Below, one piece after another: positions 17,541-24,711 of a stretch of 31,774 bases of DNA (position 1 is its first letter; each line of letters starts with the position of its first letter). The position numbers and the translations under genes were made by a program. The stretch is from an uncultured Candidatus Saccharibacteria bacterium (lineage in GTDB: Bacteria; Patescibacteriota; Minisyncoccia; Phycocordibacterales; GWA1-40-21), in NCBI GenBank assembly GCA_964545745.1, contig CAZJFZ010000001.1:1-31774 (forward strand), written 5' to 3'. The notes beneath the pieces are model-generated. The model saw nothing but the letters and a program-made list of their open reading frames with translations, ran no database searches and had not been told where the DNA came from.

Positions 17541-18131
17541 TTATTTTTGACCAACATCAAAACGAATGAACCTACCAATTTCTGTTCTTTCTCCAAATTT
17601 CTGAATAAAAGCTTCAATTAAACCATTAACAGTTATCTCCGGATTCTTGATATATTCTTGCTCCAACAAAACTTTTTCTTTAAAATAAGAATTCAATTTA
17701 CCCTCCAAAATTTTGGCTTTCATCTCCGCTGGTTTACCTTCCACTTCTTTAGAAAAGACTTCTTCGGCCTCCTTCCTCGTGGCTTCTGGAATATCAGACA
17801 TCTTCAAATAGAGAGGATTAGTGGCCACCACCTGCATAGCAAGATTGTAAGCTAAAGTGCCAAATTCTTCATTCTTAGCCACAAAGTCCGTCTCACAAAG
17901 CAACTCCACCAAAGAAGCAATGTTACCAGTGGAGTGAACATAAGATACCACTCGGCCGGCACCTAAATTTCTATCCGCTTTTTTGGTGGCAATTCCCGCT
18001 CCTTTTTTCTGTAAAAGAATAGTGGCTTTGGAAATGTCCCCACCGACTTCTTCTAATGCTTTTTTACATTGCATAATAGACAAACCAGTATTATCCCTCA
18101 ATTCTTTTATTTGCTCTGTAGTGATGGCCAT
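17541..18131 (-). CDS. tsf: Elongation factor Ts (short form)
   Basis: IKELRDNTGLSIMQCKKAL, ELLCETDFVAKNEEF; downstream of rpsB. Confidence 0.96.
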   Translation of the reverse strand: MAITTEQIKELRDNTGLSIMQCKKALEEVGGDISKATILLQKKGAGIATKKADRNLGAGRVVSYVHSTGNIASLVELLCETDFVAKNEEFGTLAYNLAMQVVATNPLYLKMSDIPEATRKEAEEVFSKEVEGKPAEMKAKILEGKLNSYFKEKVLLEQEYIKNPEITVNGLIEAFIQKFGERTEIGRFIRFDVGQK

Positions 18132-18145
18132 AGTTTAAAATTAAA

Positions 18146-18853
18146 TTAGGCTTTTAAAACCTTAGCTTTTTGATAAGCCTTGGCAATTTCATTGACAAAA
18201 AAAGTAATGCTGGAAACGGAAGAATCATTAGCCACAATCGGATAAGTAATACCAGTCACATCACAATCCGTACCAGACAAAGCAATAACAGGAATATTCA
18301 TCCTTTGAGCTTCCGTCACGGCAATAATTTCCTTTTTAGAATCAACTACCACCAGTGCCTTAGGTAAGTCTTTCAAAGAAAGAATGCCCGAGAAAAAACG
18401 ATTAAGCTTGGCAATTTCTCTATCAATCATTAACCTCTCTTTTTTGGTATATTTAGACAATTCACCTTTTTCTTTTTGTTTGGTTAAATCTTCCAATTTG
18501 GCTAACCGCTTTTTTACTTCAGAAAAATTTGTCAATGTTCCTCCAATCCAGCGACCATCAACAAAAGGCATACCCACTGATTCCGCAGCAATTTTTAAAG
18601 ATCCACGAGCTTCATTCTTGCCCCCCACAAATAAAACTTGCTTGCCTTCTTTGGCCAAAGTAGCCACAAAATTCAAAGCTTTATCCAGTAAATCATCCGT
18701 CTTTTCCAAGTCAATTATCTCCACCCGATTTTTCACCCCAAAAATATATGGGGCAACACTTGGATGTCTCCTTGTTTTAGAATAACCAAAATGCGCTCCC
18801 ACCTTAAACATCTCATCAATCCGCTCATTATTTATCTTTTTTTCTTCTTGCAT
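18146..18853 (-). CDS. rpsB: 30S ribosomal protein S2
   Basis: MFKVGAHFG, RWIGGTLTNF, IPVIALSGTD, PIVAND. Confidence 0.97.
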   Translation of the reverse strand: MQEEKKINNERIDEMFKVGAHFGYSKTRRHPSVAPYIFGVKNRVEIIDLEKTDDLLDKALNFVATLAKEGKQVLFVGGKNEARGSLKIAAESVGMPFVDGRWIGGTLTNFSEVKKRLAKLEDLTKQKEKGELSKYTKKERLMIDREIAKLNRFFSGILSLKDLPKALVVVDSKKEIIAVTEAQRMNIPVIALSGTDCDVTGITYPIVANDSSVSSITFFVNEIAKAYQKAKVLKA

Positions 18854-18899
18854 ATGTCAGAGTAGCTTACCAAATATAGGTCAAAATTGCAAGGAAAAA

Positions 18900-19139
18900 T
18901 TACACCGTTACAGCTGAATTAGTAAGAATCCTAAAAGGAATGCCTTCCTTAGCAATTTTCTTTAAGTCTGTCATATCACTCTGAGCAGAAATATTTAACA
19001 TCTCAATACCCACAACATTACCTTTTTTATCCACATCAACAAGTAAACGGTCATTTATTTCTATCGTCTTAGCAATCTTTTTCTTAAAACTAAGATAAAC
19101 ATACATGGCATCGGCTATTTTATCATATTGTATTTTCAT
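18900..19139 (-). CDS. DUF2283 family protein (putative antitoxin)
   Basis: MKIQYDKIADAMYVYL...LVDVDKKGNVVGIEML pattern. Confidence 0.85.
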   Translation of the reverse strand: MKIQYDKIADAMYVYLSFKKKIAKTIEINDRLLVDVDKKGNVVGIEMLNISAQSDMTDLKKIAKEGIPFRILTNSAVTV

Positions 19140-19146
19140 ATTTTTT

Positions 19147-19377
19147 TTATAAATAATAAGCAGTAATAATATTGTATTCTTCTTTTTTATCTTTATATGT
19201 ACTCTTATAATAAACTACTTTAATAATTTTCTCACCAATTTTCTTTTGAACTTTAGTCCTCCCTTCTGAAACATCCTGCTTAATATCTGGTACAATAATT
19301 GCTTTCTTAATATGGTCAATATCTATTTTTCGTTCATATAACCTAAACTGACAATGGTATGAAAACCTCAATTTCAT
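19147..19377 (-). CDS. DUF4258 family protein (putative RelE/BrnT-like toxin)
   Basis: FSYHCQFRLYERKI...IIKVVY...IITAYY; 7 nt from the DUF2283 start; probable start MKLRF at 19377. Confidence 0.75.
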   Translation of the reverse strand: MKLRFSYHCQFRLYERKIDIDHIKKAIIVPDIKQDVSEGRTKVQKKIGEKIIKVVYYKSTYKDKKEEYNIITAYYL

Positions 19378-19419
19378 TCTAAATATAGAGTAGCATAAAT
19401 AACATAAATATAGCAACTT

Positions 19420-20469
19420 TTACTCTTTTAAGAAAAACCAAAACAGATTTTTTAAATTTTTGCTCATATTATAAGTATTGGCATGAGATAATACACCAAG
19501 ATATGACGCTAGTGTAGAAAATAATGAAATCTCGTTTATTAAACCATTCTTGTATAAAACAATTCGTTGCCGTAGCTTTTTGGGTATTTTTCTTTTTGTT
19601 TTAGTGCGGACTTTTATATGATATGGCAACAAAACATAACCGAGAAAATCAATACCGTGATGGCATTTCCGCAAATCTATTTTATTAGGGTGCAAATCAA
19701 GACAAAGGTGACGACTCAAAAAACTTTGCATTGGCGTAAGTAGTTCTTCCAAATAAGTCTTACTGTTAGAAACGATCACAAAATCATCCGTGTATCGGAC
19801 ATAATTTTTTACCCGCAATGTGTTTTTAACATATTGGTCAAATTCGTTCAAATAAATATTAGCAAATATCTGGGAAGTCAAATTGCCTATTGGCACTCCT
19901 TTATGCTCAAATAGGTCGGGTTGACCTGATCCAAAGCTTTCTATTACCCCCCGAAGCAGTTTTTGAACTTTTTCGTCTTTTATTTTTTTATTAAGAATCC
20001 TAAGAAGAATATCCTGGTCTATGGAACCAAAAAACTTTTTAATATCACATTTCAAAACATAACACGGACGCATTTGATTTTGGCTTACGGCACGAATCAT
20101 CTCCGCCACTCTTTTCATTCCCTTATGCGTCCCCCGACCGATCCGGCAGGAGTATGAATCATTAATGAATGTCGGCTCAAATACATTATTCAACACATCA
20201 AACATAGCGTGGTGGATCACACGATCTCGCACTGTGGCTTTATGAATTCGTCGTAATTTTGGATCATGAATCCAAAAGCCCTTATAAGGTCCGTGCTTGT
20301 ATGTCCCGTTCTTCAAATCCCGGTATAAACTAAAGATGTTTTGCTCCAGATTAAGTGCAAAATCGGCGACATCAGGCTTTTTCCGCTTATCGTGCTGAAA
20401 TATCTTCCACGCTCGAAATAACGCTTGAGGAGAAATTATTGACCAATATAAATCTTTATAAATTTTCAC
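19420..20469 (-). CDS. DGR reverse transcriptase
   Basis: RIHKATVRDRVIHH, LKCDIKKFF, GVPIGNLTSQ (DGR-type GxxxSQ), YVRYTDDFV, GIDFLGY. Probable GTG start at 20469; the track start at 20511 overlaps avd. Confidence 0.93.
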   Translation of the reverse strand: MKIYKDLYWSIISPQALFRAWKIFQHDKRKKPDVADFALNLEQNIFSLYRDLKNGTYKHGPYKGFWIHDPKLRRIHKATVRDRVIHHAMFDVLNNVFEPTFINDSYSCRIGRGTHKGMKRVAEMIRAVSQNQMRPCYVLKCDIKKFFGSIDQDILLRILNKKIKDEKVQKLLRGVIESFGSGQPDLFEHKGVPIGNLTSQIFANIYLNEFDQYVKNTLRVKNYVRYTDDFVIVSNSKTYLEELLTPMQSFLSRHLCLDLHPNKIDLRKCHHGIDFLGYVLLPYHIKVRTKTKRKIPKKLRQRIVLYKNGLINEISLFSTLASYLGVLSHANTYNMSKNLKNLFWFFLKE

Positions 20470-20482
20470 ATTAAAAAATATT

Positions 20483-20833
20483 ATGAACAACTTAGATATC
20501 CCAATCTTCAAAATGTCTTATGACCTCTACAAAGAATTTTACTGTTTGCGATTATCTGTACCCAAACAAGATCGTTATACACTTTGGCAAAAATGCGAAA
20601 ATCTTTTAATTGAAATTTTGGAGGGCATTCTTTCTGCCAGCCAACAATCAAAATTAGAAAAACTTCCCATTCTAGAAAAAACCAGCATCAAACTTAATTT
20701 CCTTCGGGTTTGTATTCGTTTAATGCAAGACATAAGAGCCATTAGTAGTAAGAAATACATCTTGATTGAAGCCAACCTTGATGAAATAGGCCGAATGCTT
20801 GGCGGGTGGATAAAAGACACCAAATCACATTAG
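20483..20833 (+). CDS. avd: Avd-like four-helix-bundle DGR accessory protein
   Basis: PIFKMSYDL...PKQDRYTLWQK...LNFLRVCIRL...EIGRMLGGW; located between TR and RT. Confidence 0.88.
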   Translation: MNNLDIPIFKMSYDLYKEFYCLRLSVPKQDRYTLWQKCENLLIEILEGILSASQQSKLEKLPILEKTSIKLNFLRVCIRLMQDIRAISSKKYILIEANLDEIGRMLGGWIKDTKSH

Positions 20834-20834
20834 G

Positions 20835-20875
20835 AAAGTTAAACTCCCACTATAATAAAGTGAGAGTTTAACTTT
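20835..20875. terminator. 17-bp hairpin between the avd stop and the TR 3' end
   Basis: aaagttaaactcccact-ataataa-agtgagagtttaacttt; the single mismatch is a G-U pair on the minus strand. Confidence 0.65.
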
Positions 20876-20888
20876 TGGATAGAGTTAT

Positions 20889-21009
20889 GACTTCCTGGAC
20901 GCGGACAAGCCGATGTCGTCGTAGCGAGTGCCATCCCAGTAGTTGTTGACACTGAGACCCTGGGCATCAAAGCCGCCGAGACACACCCGGTCACCGTCCG
21001 AGTCGAGAT
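20889..21009 (-). repeat. DGR template repeat (TR), 121 bp
   Basis: 114/121 identical to 21389-21509 without gaps; non-coding in the VR frame (TAG TAA upstream, no start). Confidence 0.95.
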
Positions 21010-21287
21010 ATTGCCCATTTTCATCCTTGGCACCAAGATTCGAGGTTTACTACTTTTGCAAGTCTATATCCTCCCCTCTTTGAATTTAATTTAGGAGCGC
21101 AAATTAGTAAAAAAACACCTCCACCAAAAATGAGCAAGAAGTTCTCTCTATCCTTAATCACACTCTGTCGTGATCCGTAAACCACTGACACTCCGGCGAT
21201 ATCTCTAGGTGAGATATCTCGCGAGATTGAATCGTAACCCAATCTACATTAGCAAGATATATTTACATTATCACATTTCATATAAAA

Positions 21288-21349
21288 AGAAAGAGCCCCC
21301 GCAGTTTTTCTGTCCACTGGTATGTGGTAGAAATTTGCGGAGGCTCAAG
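21288..21349 (-). terminator. Long imperfect hairpin plus U-tract downstream of the DGR target gene
   Basis: GAGCCTCCGCA...TGCGGGGGCTC followed by TTTCTTTTT on the minus strand. Confidence 0.65.
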
Positions 21350-21384
21350 GGAACAAGAAGGTCAAGACTTCAAGGGTTCAAGGT

Positions 21385-22173
21385 TCAGGACTTCCTGGAC
21401 GCGGACAAGCCGAAGTCGACGCAGCGAGTGCCATCCCAGTAGCTGCCGACACTGAGACCCTGGGCATCAAAGCCGCCGAGACACACCCGGTCACCGCCCG
21501 AGTCGAGATCTGAGCAACGCACCCAGATCTTCTCAAACAAACGCTCCCCCGTAGCCAAGAAGTGTCCAACCACCGTTTGCACGACGATTCTGGCCGTCGG
21601 CGTTTCCTCGTCCTTCAAGAGGGCCTGCTGTTCGTTCCACGACTTGTTCGTGGAATTGGCAATTGGGGTCTTGCGGACCAATTGCCAGCCGATCTCACCC
21701 CTGTCCTCGGCGAACGCCTGCTTGTCGTACCAGTCCTGATTGTAAAACAGGATCTCTGGGTCGGCAAGCTTCTTGGCAATGCCTCGGACATCGAGAACCG
21801 ACAGAGAGAACACAGCGATGAGGATGTGAGTATCCTTGTGAACAGTGATGACTTCCTCACTCCACGGAACTTCGGCGAGAAGAGCGAGCTCTCGCCTCCC
21901 GGGGTTAACCCCGAAGTGCCTGATGGCCTCCTCCACACCGAACATGTTCCGCCCCATGATCTCACGGGCACGCTTCTGACTCGTCGACGGTTCGAAACCA
22001 CCATTTTCAATCAGGCGAACCACCTTCTTGGCCAAGTCATTGCCTTTCGAATCGACGACTCTCTGTGCGAGTGAACTTGTGAGCTCGGCCTTCTCCATCT
22101 TGAGAAGGAACTCGTGCTCGTTGTGCACCGACAGGGTGCGTTCATCAGTCCCTCGGCTCACCATGTTTTCCAT
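21385..22173 (-). CDS. DGR target (variable) protein, probable C-terminal CLec-type fold
   Basis: The last ~40 codons are the VR; AGAGGT Shine-Dalgarno; no signal peptide or TM seen. The fold is inferred from known DGR targets. Confidence 0.9.
   Translation of the reverse strand: MENMVSRGTDERTLSVHNEHEFLLKMEKAELTSSLAQRVVDSKGNDLAKKVVRLIENGGFEPSTSQKRAREIMGRNMFGVEEAIRHFGVNPGRRELALLAEVPWSEEVITVHKDTHILIAVFSLSVLDVRGIAKKLADPEILFYNQDWYDKQAFAEDRGEIGWQLVRKTPIANSTNKSWNEQQALLKDEETPTARIVVQTVVGHFLATGERLFEKIWVRCSDLDSGGDRVCLGGFDAQGLSVGSYWDGTRCVDFGLSASRKS
21389..21509 (-). repeat. DGR variable repeat (VR)
   Basis: Differs from TR at 21414, 21419, 21422, 21443, 21446, 21447 and 21497, all A in TR on the coding strand. 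Confidence 0.95.
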
Positions 22174-22312
22174 GGCATACCTCTTTTACTCTTGTCAGAT
22201 TCGCTCTGACATCGCGTCTTGTCCCGTTTTGAGACGAGCTTTTTATGGCCAATTTAAGCCCCAAAAAGCTCATCTCAATAATTGATTCTATATTAAAGAA
22301 CTACTACTATAA

Positions 22313-22341
22313 AGTATAGCACCTTTCGTCTTTTTTGTCAA
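22313..22341 (-). promoter_or_regulatory. Near-consensus sigma70 promoter of the DGR target gene
   Basis: Minus strand TTGACA (22341-22336), 17-nt spacer, TATACT (22318-22313). Confidence 0.75.
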
Positions 22342-22366
22342 TGTTTCGTTATGGTTCAATAGTTTT

Positions 22367-23350
22367 TTACTCCTCATCACTATCCTTACCTTCCACCGGT
22401 TTGCCGATATTTTCACCAATATATTTAATCAAATCCCCCATATTTTCACCGTTCAAAATCTTTTCTATATTATACCAAGATTGTTTGACCCGATGATCAG
22501 TAATTCTATCTTGCAAAACATTGTAAGTGCGGATTTTTTCCGAGCGATCCGCTGTACCGATTTGATCTTTTCTTTCTTTGGCAAATTTAATGGCATCACT
22601 CTCTGCTTTTTGTTGTTCCAATTTAGCGGTCAAAATCATCAACGCTTTTTCCTTATTTTGTGACTGACTGCGTTCAGCGGTACAACGAACTTCCAAACCA
22701 CTCGGTTTATGAATGATTCGCACTGCCGTCTCTACTTTGTTCACATTTTGTCCTCCCTTGCCACCCGCCCGAGAAAATTCAATAAGTAAATCTGCTGGCT
22801 TTATTTCTACCGAACTTTTTTTACGCACTGGTAATATAGCCACCGAAGCCGTGGAAGTATGTACCCGACCATTTTTTTCCGTCTCCGGAATCCTTTGAAT
22901 ACGATGCACACCAGTCTCATAACGAAGGTCTTTATAAACACCTAGTCCTTTTATTTCAAAAGAAGCTTCCTTATAACCACCCAAATCATTTTTTGATTCA
23001 TCAACTGGAGAAAAACTCCAACCTTTTATCCCGGCATAACCAGCATACATTTTAGCCAAAACTTCTGCAAAAAAAGCGGCTTCATCCCCACCCACTCCAG
23101 CCCGCACTTCCAAAATTACTTCATTAGGAAATTCCTCTTCTTTTTTTTCTTCCATCAAAATATCCTCCATCTGTTTCCAAATAGCATTTTTTTGTGTTGT
23201 CAAAGAAGCTAACTCTTCTTTGGCCATTTCGGCCATACCTTCATCAGTGGCTGACATTTCTTGAACAGATTTTTCTTCTTTATCTAACCGAATAAACTCA
23301 TCCGCCAGATAAGTTGTTTTCTTATTATTCTTAAAATCCTCAATTGTCAT
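22367..23350 (-). CDS. prfA: Peptide chain release factor 1
   Basis: LEVRAGVGGDEAA, ETGVHRIQRIPETE, RVHTSTASV, GGKGGQNVNK, DRSEKIRTYN. Start moved to MTIED (23350). Confidence 0.95.
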   Translation of the reverse strand: MTIEDFKNNKKTTYLADEFIRLDKEEKSVQEMSATDEGMAEMAKEELASLTTQKNAIWKQMEDILMEEKKEEEFPNEVILEVRAGVGGDEAAFFAEVLAKMYAGYAGIKGWSFSPVDESKNDLGGYKEASFEIKGLGVYKDLRYETGVHRIQRIPETEKNGRVHTSTASVAILPVRKKSSVEIKPADLLIEFSRAGGKGGQNVNKVETAVRIIHKPSGLEVRCTAERSQSQNKEKALMILTAKLEQQKAESDAIKFAKERKDQIGTADRSEKIRTYNVLQDRITDHRVKQSWYNIEKILNGENMGDLIKYIGENIGKPVEGKDSDEE

Positions 23351-23371
23351 GATATTATTGTAACATAATTT

Positions 23372-23459
23372 CAACCGCCCCCAACCCCTCCTCATCTGAT
23401 GAGGGGAGGAGATTCGGTTTTCTCCCTCCCATTAGTTAAGGGGAGGGCGGGGTGAGGTT
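23372..23459. repeat. GC-rich compound inverted repeat (REP-like) between rpmE and prfA
   Basis: Outer arms caaccgcccccaacccctcc / ggagggcggggtgaggttg enclose cctcatc-t-gatgagg and ccctccc-attagttaa-gggaggg. Confidence 0.55.
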
Positions 23460-23462
23460 GTG

Positions 23463-23681
23463 TTATTTCTTCTTTTTTGTAGAAGCAGCGCGACGAGCCT
23501 TGAATTTTTCCACGCGACCAGCGGTATCCAGCACTTTATCATTGCCAGTGTAAAAAGGATGACAAGTAGCACAAATTTCCACCACAATGGCTTCCTTAGT
23601 AGAACCAATATTATATTTGGCGCCACAAGCACAAACCGTCTCGGATTTCTCAAAATATTTTGGGTGTATATCTTTTTTCAT
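23463..23681 (-). CDS. rpmE: 50S ribosomal protein L31 (Zn-binding type)
   Basis: MKKDIHPKY, CACG, CATCHPFYTG, GRVEKF. Confidence 0.96.
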   Translation of the reverse strand: MKKDIHPKYFEKSETVCACGAKYNIGSTKEAIVVEICATCHPFYTGNDKVLDTAGRVEKFKARRAASTKKKK

Positions 23682-23720
23682 AGTCTTAAAATATTAGCAA
23701 ATTTTTATCTAAAAGGCAAA

Positions 23721-24689
23721 TTACCCCCGTAAAATCTTAACTAGATTATCTTTCAAACTTTTAACGGATTTATCGTCTAAAATAGTCACCGTTAAAATAT
23801 CGGGATTAAGTTTTTTCATCTTTTTAACAATTATCTTTAAGTCTTTCTCACTAACCATATCTGTTTTGGTCAAGATAAGCACTTCTTTCTTCTCTGCCAA
23901 TTCTTCACTATAAGCTTTTAATTCTCTCCGAATTGTTTTGTAATCAGTAATCAAACGAGTACTTTCCAAAGATAAACAATGAAAAAGTATTTTTGTTCTC
24001 TTAATATGGCGTAAAAATTTATGACCTAAACCCTTGCCATTTGAAGCCCCTTCAATCAATCCCGGCAAATCCGCCAAAATAAAACCATACATATCCCCTA
24101 AGGCGGGCTCTAAAGTGGTAAATTGATAAGCCCCCACTTTGGATTTGGCATTAGTCAATTCATTTATCAAACTAGACTTACCAGTATTGGGCAGACCAAT
24201 CAGTCCCGCATCGGCCACTAATTCCACCTCAATAAAAAAATCAAATTGTTCTCCCTCTTTTCCTAAACTAAACTGTTCCGGTCTCTGATTTGTGGCTGAT
24301 TTAAAAAATTCATTGCCCACTCCGCCTTTGCCACCTTTGGCCAAAAGTTTAGTTTCTCCGTCTTTATTTAAAAAAACTTTTCCGCCCGTCTGTAAATTAG
24401 TAATGACCGAACCAATGGGAAAATCTACAAACAAATCCTTACCATCCGCTCCGTGCCGGCTTTTATTCTCCCCATCACCACCTTTAGGAGCCTCTATTTC
24501 CTTTAAGTTTTTGTAAGAACCAAGTACACCAAAATCACGAATGGCCCGAGCATAAACATCCGCTCCGCGACCACCATTTCCCCCGGCCGGGCCCATAAAT
24601 TCCTTGCCCTTTTCATGAAGCCAGCGCACTACACCGTTTCCACCATTACCAGCTTTAATATGTAATTTTAATTCATCAATAAATGCCAT
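23721..24689 (-). CDS. obgE: GTPase Obg
   Basis: FIDELKLHIKAGNGGNG, Gly-rich Obg fold, GLPNTGKSSL, YQFTTL, ADLPGLIEGA. Confidence 0.96.
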   Translation of the reverse strand: MAFIDELKLHIKAGNGGNGVVRWLHEKGKEFMGPAGGNGGRGADVYARAIRDFGVLGSYKNLKEIEAPKGGDGENKSRHGADGKDLFVDFPIGSVITNLQTGGKVFLNKDGETKLLAKGGKGGVGNEFFKSATNQRPEQFSLGKEGEQFDFFIEVELVADAGLIGLPNTGKSSLINELTNAKSKVGAYQFTTLEPALGDMYGFILADLPGLIEGASNGKGLGHKFLRHIKRTKILFHCLSLESTRLITDYKTIRRELKAYSEELAEKKEVLILTKTDMVSEKDLKIIVKKMKKLNPDILTVTILDDKSVKSLKDNLVKILRG

Positions 24690-24711
24690 AAAGAGATACT
24701 AGCACGATATT

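Larger units (their letters stand above)
19420..22341 (-). mobile_element. Diversity-generating retroelement (target/VR - TR - avd - RT)
   Basis: All four canonical parts lie within about 3 kb; TR/VR mismatches are confined to TR adenines. Confidence 0.95.

Noticed and set aside
19420-20511. RT as a group II intron, retron or Abi-type RT
   Set aside because: No maturase/endonuclease extension or intron RNA visible; the GxxxSQ motif, adjacent avd and an A-specific TR/VR pair identify a DGR.
21021-21242. 73-aa ORF between TR and VR as an extra DGR accessory gene
   Set aside because: No SD, no motif and low-information composition; better explained as the non-coding TR leader, though not excluded.
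3448-21349. Shared hairpin ends as true integron attC sites
   Set aside because: No RYYYAAC/GTTRRRY core sites, no tandem cassette array and no integrase in the window; kept only as an analogy.
20839-21569. ORFs 20839..21036 and 21378..21569 look like paralogous small proteins
   Set aside because: They are off-frame translations of TR and VR; the similarity is just the repeat.
21562-22074. Long plus-strand ORFs opposite real genes (also 359..643, 14604..14891, 18384..18785, 29531..29833 and similar)
   Set aside because: Antisense shadows of well-supported genes, with no motifs or expression signals; long open shadows are expected in GC-rich blocks.
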